From positions 120,389,933 through 120,453,932 of the forward strand of contig NC_068984.1 in the NCBI RefSeq assembly GCF_001194135.2: a stretch of 64,000 bases of DNA, given 5' to 3'. Position 1 is the stretch's first letter, and each line of letters begins with the position of its first letter. The notes under the pieces are model-generated. The model searched no databases. It saw only the letters and a list, made by a program, of their open reading frames with translations, and was not told the DNA's origin. Below, piece after piece: positions 1 to 11,288 of this stretch. This DNA comes from Octopus bimaculoides (lineage: Eukaryota). Made by a program: the position numbers and the translations under genes.

Positions 1-16
1 CACTATTATTATTATT

Positions 17-224
17 AAGGAGGTGAGCTGGGTGAAATGCTTGACAGCATTTCGTCCGTCTTTATGTTCTGAGTTCAAATTCCGCTAAGGTCACCTTTGC
101 CTTTCATCCTTTTTGGGTTGATAAAATAAATACCAATTGAACACTGGGGTCGATGTATTTGACTTACCCTCTACCCTAAACTTGCTGGTCTTGTGTCAAA
201 ATTTGAAACCATTATTATTATTAT
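17..224 (+). mobile_element. SINE-B with (ATT)n tail
   Basis: GGTGAGCTGG..GAGTTCAAATTCCGC..CTTTGCCTTTCATCC..CACTGGGGTCGATGTA..TTTGAAACCATTATTATTATT. Confidence 0.8.
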
Positions 225-819
225 AATTGTTTCTTTTGATGCCAGAATGAGTTTGTTGCTCTGCAAAATTGAATATTTGTATGTTTTTCTCACTAACACC
301 TTAAGATAGATTCTCTATCTAAACCATATGAAAGCACCATTTCTCCAAAAAGAGAGAATATACAATAAGAATATTTAATTTTTAATATTGATTCAGGACT
401 ATGCATTTTGATAAAAGGTATCATTGATTACATTGACTTCACCTACCCAAACGGCAGTTAACTGGTACTTTATTTTGCCAACCTCAGAAAAATGGACAAT
501 AAAGATGACCACAGTGAAATAATTAAAACCTAATGTGTTTAAGTGTGAAAATGTAATTCTTTTTTTATGATTGTAATGCATATTCAATAACTGAAATGAA
601 ATTGCTAGCTCTTGTTGCTTTATTGAAATAATTAGTAATTAAATGAATGAAAGTTTGTGAAATGCATATTTAAGTAGTAAACAGGCACATACATCTACTT
701 AAACACAGACGAAGGGAAATAAGATTATTATTGTATCCTATTAAAATGAATTATTCTGTCAGTTTTCTTCCCTCATTTTCTTTGCATTGGTTTAACTTCA
801 GGCATCATTGTCATCATCA

Positions 820-1060
820 ACATCATCATCATTATTGTCGTTGTCATTTTTAACGTTCACTTTTCCTTGCTTGCGTGCATCAGACTGCATTTACTGAGGC
901 AGACTGTCTATGGCCAGACGCCTCTCTTCTTACTAGACCTCAAGAGTTTCCAAGGTAATTTTTCCCCATGACTGGACATGTTTTCACTGTAGATTGGAAA
1001 TGAATAACAACACTCCTGTGACATGACATCAATTGACAACTATCATGCAATATCAAGACG
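820..1060 (-). mobile_element. Degenerate RTE-type SINE tail
   Basis: (CAT)n-like run, then TTAACGTTCACTTTTCCTTGCTTGC..GGTAATTTTTCCCCATGACTGGACATG; similar to 1140-1350, 16182-16360 and 47620-47820. Confidence 0.6.
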
Positions 1061-1139
1061 AGGAGTCACAAACAGACATGCACATACACATATATAAATT
1101 TATGTACGTACACATACACATATATTTTATATATAATCA

Positions 1140-1416
1140 TCACTTTTTAATGGCCATTTCATGTTTCCATGGGTCAGATGGAATTTGTCAAAGCAGATTT
1201 TCTATGGTCAGCTACCCTTGCTGTTGCCAACCCTCTCCTGTTTTCATGTAAGGTAATATTTCCCTAAGACCAGACATATTTTCAGGGAAGATTGGATATG
1301 AAGGACACTGCTTGCATGACAGTGATACTTGCTTATAACTGTCATGTGATTTCAAGGCAAGGAGATAGTAATACAAACACAAACACACACATACTTATGT
1401 ATATATGACAGGTCAT

Positions 1417-1452
<36 letters not shown>

Positions 1453-1578
1453 CAGGTCTCTTTCAGTTTCTGTCTACCAAATCTTCCCAGGAGGCATTGG
1501 TTGGCCTGATGCTATAGTAGAAGGGACTGAACCTGAAACCATGTAGTTGGGAAGCAAACTTCTTGCCACACAACTAAA
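1140..1578 (-). mobile_element. SINE-A head + microsatellite + RTE-type tail (tail 2)
   Basis: Head at 1450-1578 (GGAAGCAAACTTCTTGCCACAC, CTGAACCTGAAACCATG); 1140-1350 is the reverse complement of an RTE-like tail (CATTTCATGTTTCCATGGGTCAGATGG..CCAACCCTC). Confidence 0.7.
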
Positions 1579-2439
1579 CCTGGTATATCATAATCCTCCT
1601 CCTCCTCTGTCTGTTTTCCATGCTGTTATTGGTTGGATGATATTTGATAGGCTTCTTTCACTTTTCCTTATACCAAATCCACCCCAAAAAGGTTTTGGGT
1701 GGTCTGAGCTTTTTATAGAAAACATTTGTTCAATGTGTCATCCGGAGAGTCTGAATGTGATACCATGTCGTTGAGATGCAACATTCTTAACCACATAACA
1801 ATGCCTGCACAAAGATGAATATTTACATTTTTATTCTTGTAGCAGATAGATAAACTTTTTCCATCTTGGAATAACCTTATATTTTCCAGTTTGATAGCCA
1901 ACTGAAGTAAAATACTTTGTTCATGATATCAAAATGAACTTTTTGGCAGATTTTGAAATTAGTATCAGTCTCAATAGAATAAATATTTTAGAGATCAACT
2001 GATATTGAATTATGTATTAAACATTGGAAATTTTGTATAGGGGTTGATGAATTCACACAAATGATAAGTCCTCAAGTGAATTGAAAGTTGATATTTTTAT
2101 AAATTTCTTTTGTGGGACTTATAAATATTAATGTACTTCAAATATTTTGTAACAGATAAATTGTTAAGTTATAGGTTTTGTATATATATATGTGTGTGTG
2201 TTTAATGAAGTATCAGTGAAAATAATTAATATTTCACTAGATGTCTGATCTTGACAACTAACTCTCTAAAGCTTCCTTTTTCTTTTTTTGTCTGATTTGA
2301 ACATAGTGACAATAAATTGGTTGAAAAATAAAAAAAAGAACTCTATAATATTTATGAAGAAAATCTCTTTGTTGTTTCAATCGGTGTTCATTAGTGTTTG
2401 AAGCCTTGTTAAGGCAAGTTCTGTCTCAGTTTATTGTTT

Positions 2440-2514
2440 GTTGAATTTACATTATTGGCTTATTTTTATGTTATGTTGAATTTACATTATTGGCTTATTT
2501 TTATGTTATGTTGA
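2440..2514. repeat. Perfect 35-bp tandem duplication
   Basis: GTTGAATTTACATTATTGGCTTATTTTTATGTTAT x2 + GTTGA. Confidence 0.95.
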
Positions 2515-3194
2515 TGGTTTGTACTGACAATCAGATTTATTTAAAACACTTTTTTGGAGTCTTTCTAATCCTAATTTGATTATGAAAACTGTTTTAACCT
2601 TTTGATTTTCCAAAGTGTTTTCATAAGGTTGTTCTAAGTGTCCATGCTTCTCTTCAGACTTTTAGCTAGCCCTTGTTTTATACTTTCTGAGTAATATAAA
2701 GCTTTCCTTTTGTAAACTCCAAGTTACACTATTGGTTGAAAAAAAAATTGGGAATGTATATCATATGATGCATGGATGCTGGAGAAATATGTCCTTTGTA
2801 AAACCTCACTGTTGTTGCTGTTTACCCTCAGGTCAGTGCTGGTCAACCAAACTTACAATAAAAGTCATTCCGACCATGACAAAATCGTTTTTATTCAGGC
2901 AAAGCATAGTGTTATCCAAAGTTTTCGTTCTTACTTTTTGACAGTAAGGTGCAGGAGTTTTGGGCTGCTGTTTCTAGCAGTTCATGTAGCTATGTAGAAG
3001 CGCCTCACAATAGTTCAATTTTTCTCATTATGAATGTTATGCGTTTTACTCTATCGCTGATTTTAGTTATTGGACTGCAACCAAGCTGGGGCACTGCCTC
3101 AAAGGGTTATGAGGACATAAACAAACAAACACTGGTTGTCAAATGATCAAAAAGTTAATGTAGGGACAAGATAACATACATGCACACACACACA

Positions 3195-3350
3195 CAGGTT
3201 CGACAGTTTCCATCTCTTACATTCTCCCATTAGGCATTTGTTGGCTACAGTAGGAACTACAGCAGGAGATACTTGCCCATGGTACCACACACAAGAACTG
3301 AAGCTGAAAACGTAGTTTTGAAGCAGGTTTCTTAATCACACAGCCATATT
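3195..3350 (-). mobile_element. SINE-A head fragment
   Basis: ACTTGCCCATGGTACCACAC..GAACTGAAGCTG..TTCTTAATCACACAGCCAT. Confidence 0.6.
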
Positions 3351-3442
3351 TGCAGCTATCTGCAAATGACTGAAATATTAGTTTAAGACAATTGTTTCTT
3401 AAATTTTTACTTAGTATTTTTGGTATTTCAGCTGTATCACTT

Positions 3443-3510
3443 CACCTCCACCACTACCTCCACCACCACCTCCACCACCACCACCACCACCACCATCATC
3501 ATTATTATTA
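3443..3510. repeat. (CAC)n/(CAT)n/(TAT)n compound microsatellite
   Basis: Read directly from the sequence. Confidence 0.9.
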
Positions 3511-4764
3511 TCAGAGAATGCTGAAGGCTGGACTGACGCAATTTGGGAAAACCAACCAGGAGGTCAGCAGTTCATATCTTGTTTGCAATGTCTCATTTTG
3601 TTTTTGACCAGAGCGCTTTACTCCCAATCCACATTACTCTTAACTAATGTGGGTGATTTAATTCTCCATGATAATCAGAGACAGCATTATGGAATTGCCA
3701 AATAATTCATTGGCTTGCAAACTCTTCCCATGGGGGAAAAGAAAAAATACAAAACCATACGCACACAAACACACACACACATACAAACAAGCACACACAT
3801 GCGCGCGCGCACACTCAATCTACCTGTGAATACCATTGTATTCAAGGGAGAGATTTAGCGCTTATTTACTCATTCTATGAAAACTAGAGATAAGCAAAAG
3901 CCCTATTGATTCTTAGCATCTGGAAGAGGATTAACTATTTTAGCTTGATCGTCATCATTATCACCACCCTCATTGTCGTCATCGTCATCATTGCTATCAA
4001 TGTCGTCTTTGTCATTGCCTTCGTCGTTGTCATTGTGCATTTTTAACAAGTACTGTTTGTATGAAAATATCAAGATGTTCTTAATGTCCTTTTTCAGATA
4101 TTCTACCTAAAAACTGACCAAGGATACAAAAACAAAATTTGGATTAACCATTAAGCTGTGGAGATAAGATCAGCAGGTATGTATATTTGTTTAAAGTTAA
4201 CCTCAATTAGTTGCACTATTTATCTCCACCCAACATTTCTTTTTGCTGCACCTACCTCTTAGTGTAGTACCAAAACACAAATTTATAATGTTATGTGATT
4301 CATATAGTTCTTATTAAGAAATTTACTCTTATTCAGTTTGTAGAGTTTATGCAATTTGAGTTTCTTTACTAAAGAATATTCTTCTGCCTGCAAGTTTTTC
4401 TTTTTCTGATATCCAGTGACAAGAGAACATATTGTTATCAGTTGTTTAGTCCTCTGTCACTTTTGACCAAGTGGACCTTTGAAGCCCCCCCCCCCCCCAA
4501 AAAAAAACAAATAAACCATCCAAATAAACTATTGTGTCCTTCTACAACTACATTTCTAATGTATCCTTCCTATTCGTAGATGATTGAATGTGATTTAAAT
4601 AAAATTTAACTGCTATTTCTAGCAAGTTGAACAACTGTGTATATGTTCCCTCATTGATTTCTCTGTTTTCATAAAAGTGTTTCGGTTAGTATAGTTTACT
4701 TCTCTATTATTATCAAATACTTATGTAATACAAGTTTTAAATGATATAGAATAAAATGTAGTAG

Positions 4765-5165
4765 TACACTTTGTTTCAATTTATTTTGGAAATAATGAAG
4801 ATTTTTGTAAAATAACTTTGTCATTATTAAGGCAGCGAGCTGGCAGAATCGTTACCACATCAGGCAAAACTCTTAGCAGCATTTCATCCGTCTTTACACT
4901 CCGAGTTCAAATTCTACCAAGGTCGATTTTGCCTTTCATCCTTTCAGAGTTAAGTACCAGTGAAACACTGGGGGTCAATGTAATCAACTAGTCACTTTCC
5001 ACCAAATTTCAGGCCTTGTGCTTTTGATAGAAATGATTATTAAGCTGGTATTTTGGACATAAATCAACATAAAATTTTGATGGAAGATTTTGATTTAGAT
5101 CATTAACAGGAAGTTTGTGTCAAAGAACCAGGAGGTCTAAGGGAGGTTGGTATCAAAAGGATTAA
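4765..5165. mobile_element. piggyBac-type MITE family P1 (split by SINE-B)
   Basis: Shared body TTTGTTTCAATT..GAAAATAATGAAG..AAAATAACTTTGTCATTATTAAGCTGG..TTTTGATGGAAG..TTGGTATCAAAAGG(G/A)TTAA. Confidence 0.75.
4832..5035 (+). mobile_element. SINE-B inserted into a piggyBac-type MITE, 9-bp target-site duplication
   Basis: ATTATTAAG at 4823-4831 and 5036-5044; uninterrupted MITE copies carry GTCATTATTAAGCTG only once. Confidence 0.85.
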
Positions 5166-5956
5166 AGTTTGAAAATATGGCTTAAAAAAAAAAAAAAATT
5201 TCCTAAGTTTGGGAGACTTGAAAAAAAGTCATTTTTAATGGTGGAACTTGAAGCAGATAAAACTATAAATAATAACATAAATATTATACTAAAATTCCCT
5301 TGGATAGAAAAAGTCTAAGGTTGCCTGTCAGATTCGAAATTACAACTGCAAACATGACTCAGTATTTACACACTATTATTTATAGTTTTATTTGCTCTGA
5401 GATACACAGTTCCAAAATAATTTTTTAAAAAACCTACTATTTTTATTTGCCTTTCCTCTGAATTTTTTTAAAGTCTTTTGCCCAAAAGTATACATTATCA
5501 GGTTTAAGAGTTGTTTGTGTCATGAAGTTTTAATTTAAAATATAGCATTCTGTTAACTTGGATTTAAAACTCATTTAGAGAAAATAAAAAGGTTTTTTTT
5601 TTTTACTATATTAATGATGACATTTACACATAGGTGTGTAATATTTGAATAATGTGTTAACATGTAAAGTAAGGTTTTACGAAGGAAAAGTTTAATATAT
5701 AAGATTTATAATGTTTTAGACTATTATATCTCCTCCTTAGAGATGAAACATTTTAAATACAGCACCAACTTTCCATACATTGATGACTCAGGACCTTTTA
5801 TAATCCACACTAATTTACCAGCAGGAATTTCAGATTTCTGCTGCCACTGGTCTAGTTTACTGGTACCTTGTACAAGCTAGTACCTTGCATAGTACACTGT
5901 TTATAAGCTTGTATCATTTAAACTAATGTATGGGTGCCTGTGTTTCATTTAATTAT

Positions 5957-6181
5957 TTAACCCTTTAGCATTCACATTACTCTATCAAAAGTAATGCTTA
6001 TTTATTCACATTATTTTGAATTAATCATGCATTATCTCAAAGCTTTGAGATTTTGAAGTAACTGTTAATTTTTAGAATGATATTGTAGGGTTGATGTAAG
6101 AGGTCAGACCTGGTCAGTTTAGATATAAAACAGGTGGAATATTTTGGCTGGATATGGCCAGTTTAAATCCTAAAGGGTTAA
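5957..6181. mobile_element. piggyBac-type MITE family P2
   Basis: TTAA|CCCTTTAGCATT ... AATCCTAAAGGG|TTAA; homologous to 38435-38660 and 58829-59047. Confidence 0.85.
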
Positions 6182-6792
6182 GTAAATTAAATATTTGTGG
6201 ACCAAGGTGACCACCCCTGATTCGGAAAAAAACAATCTGGAATGGCTTTGGAACAAAAGGCTCTGGAAAATTGATGTTATACCTGTACAAACGCACACAC
6301 ACACACACACACACAAATTCACTCAAAGAGTTTACCTGTCACTCACAAGAAAGTATGACCTGGTGACTTGTGCCACACTGCTAACTGTTTAAGGTACCTA
6401 CGTGGTTGTTAACAAGCCTAGACACCCTGAAGTTGTATTTAGAAAAAGGGATTTAGCTTCTCTTTTAACTGACATGAGATGAAACCAAAGCGAAACAAAG
6501 ATACAATAAAAAAAAAAAATCAAATGTTTGTTGGAATTTAGATTATTGTAGCCATTTCATAACTTTCAAATGGTTCTCTTTTATTTATCATCTGTCTTAG
6601 ATCAAATATGAATGAATACAGGCTTCAGGGTAAATCGACTTTATTTCAAAAGGATAACGTTTATGCATAGTAAAGATTGATTTGCTGCTATTGATTTTTG
6701 AGAAATTTTTCAGATATTGCTTTCCTGTGGTTTAGTATTTCTTAAGTTAGATGGTTAGCATTTCTAAGGCTACAACATATCGACATTAGTAT

Positions 6793-6930
6793 AGCTGCAT
6801 AGCTAAGAAGTTTGCCATGCGACTGTTTGGTTCTGCATTTAATTCTGTTCTGTGGAACTTTGGGCAAGTATCTTCTATCAAAACTTCATGGAATTTGGTA
6901 AATGGAAACTGTGCAGAAGCCTATTGTGTA
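6793..6930 (+). mobile_element. SINE-A head, degenerate
   Basis: CTTTGGGCAAGTATCTTCTAT..GAATTTGGTAAATGGAAACTG..GAAGCC. Confidence 0.6.
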
Positions 6931-6944
6931 TATGTATATGTCTT

Positions 6945-7165
6945 TCTTTTATCATTTACCTTTTATTTGTTTTAATCATTGGACTGTGGCCATGCTGGGG
7001 CTCCACCTTAAAGAATGTTAGTTGAACAGATCAATCCTAGTACTTATATTTTAAGTCTATATCCGGTACTTACTTTTTGATCCCCTTTGCTAAACTGTTA
7101 GGCTATGAAGATGTAAACAAACCAGCAGTTGTTGTCCAGTAGTGATGGTGGACAAACGCTGGAAC
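6945..7165 (-). mobile_element. SINE-A tail 1
   Basis: ATTGGACTGTGGCCATGCTGGGGC..TTTGCTAAACTGTTAGG..GATGTAAACAAACCAGC..TTGTC is the reverse complement of the tail at 41070-41238. Confidence 0.65.
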
Positions 7166-7196
7166 AAAGACATACACACACACACATTTATATGTA

Positions 7197-7224
<28 letters not shown>

Positions 7225-7229
<5 letters not shown>

Positions 7230-7416
7230 TGACACGTAAAAGCACCCACTACACTCTCTGAGTGGTTGGCGTTAGGAAGGGCATCCAGCTGTAGAAACTC
7301 TGCCAAATTAGATTGGAGCCTGGTGTAGCCATCTGGTTGCACCAGTCCTCAGTCAAATCGTCCAACCTATGCTAGCATGGAAAGTGGACGTTAAACGATG
7401 ATGATGATGATGATGA
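7225..7416 (+). mobile_element. RTE 3'-terminal fragment with (GAT)n tail
   Basis: About 7 differences in about 176 nt from the reverse complement of 59216-59395 (by eye); preceded by (TA)n; tail runs into a gap. Confidence 0.88.
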
Positions 7417-7898
7417 NNNNNNNNNNNNNNNNNNNNNNNNNNNNNNNNNNNNNNNNNNNNNNNNNNNNNNNNNNNNNNNNNNNNNNNNNNNNNNNNNNNN
7501 NNNNNNNNNNNNNNNNNNNNNNNNNNNNNNNNNNNNNNNNNNNNNNNNNNNNNNNNNNNNNNNNNNNNNNNNNNNNNNNNNNNNNNNNNNNNNNNNNNNN
7601 NNNNNNNNNNNNNNNNNNNNNNNNNNNNNNNNNNNNNNNNNNNNNNNNNNNNNNNNNNNNNNNNNNNNNNNNNNNNNNNNNNNNNNNNNNNNNNNNNNNN
7701 NNNNNNNNNNNNNNNNNNNNNNNNNNNNNNNNNNNNNNNNNNNNNNNNNNNNNNNNNNNNNNNNNNNNNNNNNNNNNNNNNNNNNNNNNNNNNNNNNNNN
7801 NNNNNNNNNNNNNNNNNNNNNNNNNNNNNNNNNNNNNNNNNNNNNNNNNNNNNNNNNNNNNNNNNNNNNNNNNNNNNNNNNNNNNNNNNNNNNNNNNN
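7417..7898. other. Assembly gap (others: 9231-9240, 11713-12628, 13564-13820, 16564-16573, 26262-27258, 28228-28661, 39761-40073, 59449-59484, 63333-63371)
   Basis: N-runs, mostly bordered by microsatellites or young repeats. Confidence 0.99.
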
Positions 7899-7924
7899 TA
7901 TATATATATATATATATATATACA

Positions 7925-9176
7925 TACATGGACACAGAAGAGGTGCAGTAATATCAAAGGAAGGCTAACTGGGAAGATAGTTTTTGTGTGTGATAAATGC
8001 TCAGGAGCAATAAACACTGAAAATGTGCAGAAAACAGCTGTCACATTCCAGTGGGAAAAACTACAAGTAGTTGATAGTTTCCGTTACCTTGGTGACCAAG
8101 TCAGTAATGGATGCTCTGAAAGTGTATCTGCTAGCATAAGAATAGCCTGGGTAAAGTTCAGAGAGTTCCTACCTCTGCTGATGACAAAGGGCCTCTCGCT
8201 CAGAATTAAAAGTAGCCTGTATGATGCATGTGTGCGAACAGCCATGCTACATGGCAGTGAAACAAGAGCCGTGACTGCTGACGACATGCGTAAGCCTGCA
8301 AGGGATGAAGCCAGTATGCTCCACTGGTTGTGTAACGTCAGTGTGCATACACGACAGAGTGTAAGTGCTCTAAGAGAAAAGTTGGACTTAAGAAGCATCA
8401 GATGTGGTGTGCAAGAGAGACGACTGTGCTGGTATGGTCATGTGTTGTGAATGGATGAGGACAGCTGTGTGAAAACGTGTCACACCCTAGCAGTAGTGGG
8501 AATCTGTGGAAGAGGTAGACCCAGGAAGACCTGGGATGAGGTGGTGGAGCATGACCTTAGAACATTGGGCCTCACCGAGGCAATGATAAATGACTGAGAC
8601 CTTTGGAGATATGCTGTGCTTGAGAAGACCCTGCAAGCCAAGTGAGACCATAACCGTGGCCTATGCCAGTGCCACATAACCAGCCCATTTAAGAGTACCC
8701 TTCATCATTGGGCAATAAACAGCGTTTGCGAAGACCTGTTGAGGCAAGTGAAATTGCTGTTGTGGCTGATGACAGTACCGCCTGAGTTGCACCTGTGCCA
8801 GTGGCATGTTAAAAGCACCATTCAAGCGTGATCATTGTCAATGCTGCCTGACTGGTTCCTGTGCCAGTGGCACGTAAAAAGCACCATTTGAGTGTGATTG
8901 TTGCCAGTGTTGCCTGACTGGATTCTGTGCTGGTGGCATGTAAAAAGCACTATTTGAGCGTGGTTGATGCCAGTACTGCTTGATTGGCCCTTGTGCTGGT
9001 GGTATGTAAAAAGCACTCACTACGTTCTCAGAGTAGTTGGCATTAGGAAGGGCATCCAACTATAGAAACTCTGTCAGGTCAGGTTGGAGCCTGGTGCAGC
9101 CTTTTGGCTTGCCAGCCCTCCGTCAAACCATCCAACCCATGCCAGCATGGAAAGCGGATGTTAAGCGACGATGATA
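7925..9176 (+). mobile_element. RTE-clade LINE, 5'-truncated (ORF2 C-terminus + 3' UTR with 4x66-bp array + GAT tail)
   Basis: Translation VVDSFRYLGDQVS..SIRIAWVKFREFLPLL..LYDACVRTAMLHGSET..RRLCWYGHVL*MDEDSC..GRGRPRKTWDEVV, ending near 8643; premature TGA at 8448-8450. Array 8771-9017; tail GCATGGAAAGCGGATGTTAAGCGACGATGAT; (TA)n on both sides. Confidence 0.92.
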
Positions 9177-9184
9177 ATATATAT

Positions 9185-9230
<46 letters not shown>

Positions 9231-9261
9231 NNNNNNNNNNTATATATACATATACATACAA

Positions 9262-9420
9262 TGGACCTCTATACAGTTTCTGTCTACCAAATTCACTCAC
9301 ACGTTTTAGTCAGCCTGAGGCTATAATAAAAGACATTAGGTGGCAAGTAGTGGGGGTGAATCTGATACCACATGGTTCCAAAGTGAGCTTCTTAACTACT
9401 CAGCGATGCCTGTGTTTGTA
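9262..9420 (-). mobile_element. SINE-A head fragment
   Basis: CAGTTTCTGTCTACCAAATTCACTCAC..GAGGCTATAATAAAAGACA..CACATGGTT. Confidence 0.65.
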
Positions 9421-10198
9421 TACATCTTACTGTTGTATAATGGCAAAAGATGTCAAAACTGAGTAAAAACTGGTGCTTTTTGGGGAAATTCCTTTGCAGG
9501 AGCAAAGCCTATTGCGCTGAATTACTGACATTCTTTATTCATTCTTGCCATCAAAAAGGCAGTGGATCAGAAATTAGCCTGTTCGAAGCCTGTTACCAAC
9601 GAAGTTCGTGTTCACCAGTTGTGATATAAAATAAACGAATATAAAAGTGTATTAAAAATCATGTTCTGCTTCATGAAATAAAGGACTTTGATGGATTTTT
9701 GATAAAGGAAACAGTTTATGGGATTGAACTTGCTTTATCAATGTTAATGCTTTGTTCTCTCACATAAACAGAGCTCTGTTTAAAATTTTTTTTTGCTATG
9801 CTAGAATGGGCAGGATTACTATGCAATTATTTGTATGAATTGTTCGCACAGTTGTTTATAGCTTGTTGCCCTTCCTTAGACTAATCATTGAACTGTGAAC
9901 GTGAAGTGGTACCTATTTTCAGCTCAGTTAAAAATGAGATGAGTTGGGTTTTGTATTTTGTCTGAAGATGATAAAAATATATTGCTAACTAAAACCACTT
10001 CATGCGTATGCACACACACACGCTAACAAGCACATTTGTCTATATATATATATTTATATATATATATATATATATACACCTACACACATGCATGCCTATA
10101 TATATATATATTCACATACTGATATAGAGGTAAAGATTAATGTACATGCATATACACACACATGACCACATAAGTATGTATGTATATATGTGTATTTT

Positions 10199-10237
<39 letters not shown>

Positions 10238-10675
10238 TCTTATGCACATGTGTACAATATATATGTGTATAGACATATAAATATACATGCACAAAAAAAA
10301 CCCATGTATATGAAGTAACCTGATGCTACTCCTAAAAATAATATAAGGAGCTGTTACATTTTTTCACCTTTTTTTTTAATGAGCTCCCTCAAATAGAAAA
10401 CAAAATATAGGTACATTGCTGGTGTTGTAGGGAAGCTCATTTCAAATTTTAGATCACAACTACTAGTTGGTTATGTGAAGGTATTTCAGTAGAATGAAAC
10501 AAGATCAGAAATAATATAATCAAAGCTAACAGCAAATGCTACAATCAAGTTCTCAAGTAGCATGGAATGCTATATTATTTTGTATTTGAACTTTTTTTTC
10601 TTTTTCTTTTTTTTGCTGTATTTTCTTTTCAGAAAAGGATAAATTAATTGTTTTTGTAGCTTTTTATATTTCTGT

Positions 10676-10971
10676 TTAACACTTTTGTTATCTAATTAAT
10701 TTCTGTTGAAAAATATGGACTTTGTTTCAATTAATTTTGAAAACAGTGAGGAGTTTTAGTAAAATAATTTTGTCATTATTAAGCTGATATTTGAAGCATA
10801 AATTAGAATTTTGATAGAAGATTTCAATTTAGGTCACTTTAAAATAGAAGTTTGTATTCAAAATGAAGGGTGGCATCAGGAAATTCATATCATAAAACCA
10901 AGAGTGGCCTCAAGAAATTCATATCATAAAACCAAGGGTGACTTCATGTGGTTTGGTATCTAAAAGGTTAA
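10676..10971. mobile_element. MITE P1 with an internal 34-bp tandem repeat
   Basis: TTAA ends; unit AG(G/A)GTGGC(A/C)TCA(G/A)GAAATTCATATCATAAAACCA at 10867-10900 and 10901-10934, partial third unit. Confidence 0.75.
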
Positions 10972-11288
10972 ATATTTATTCTCTGACAGTTTTTTGATGT
11001 TTTGAAGAAGCTTAAGATATTTTGATAATTTTGAACATCAGGATGTAAAAACAAATGGTCAGTTTAAATAAATGAAACAATCATTGACATACCAGAATTA
11101 ATAAACAAAGCACTGTTTTAAAACATAATGATAGGCACAGGTGTAATTTTGTGGTTGAAAAGCTTACTTCCCAGCTATGTGATCTCAACCTGTTCTCCCT
11201 TCTTAGCTTGTTGCATTCAATCTTTTTTGCTGTATTTTCTATACAGAAAAAGATAAAGTAATTATTTTCTAGCTTTCTATATTTCTGT

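Noticed and set aside
3392-3607. His-rich ORF; likewise YIYI/HTHT/VCVC/NNN/DDD ORFs throughout
   Set aside because: Translations of microsatellites.
7353-8044. Long ORFs (180-420 aa) here and at 11573-12933, 13433-14005, 26036-27292, 27986-28679, 39641-40149
   Set aside because: They are open only because they span N-gaps and microsatellites.
8771-9017. CRISPR-like repeat/spacer appearance of the 66-bp arrays
   Set aside because: Linkers are homologous to one another, the arrays lie in a eukaryotic LINE 3' UTR, and there are no cas genes.
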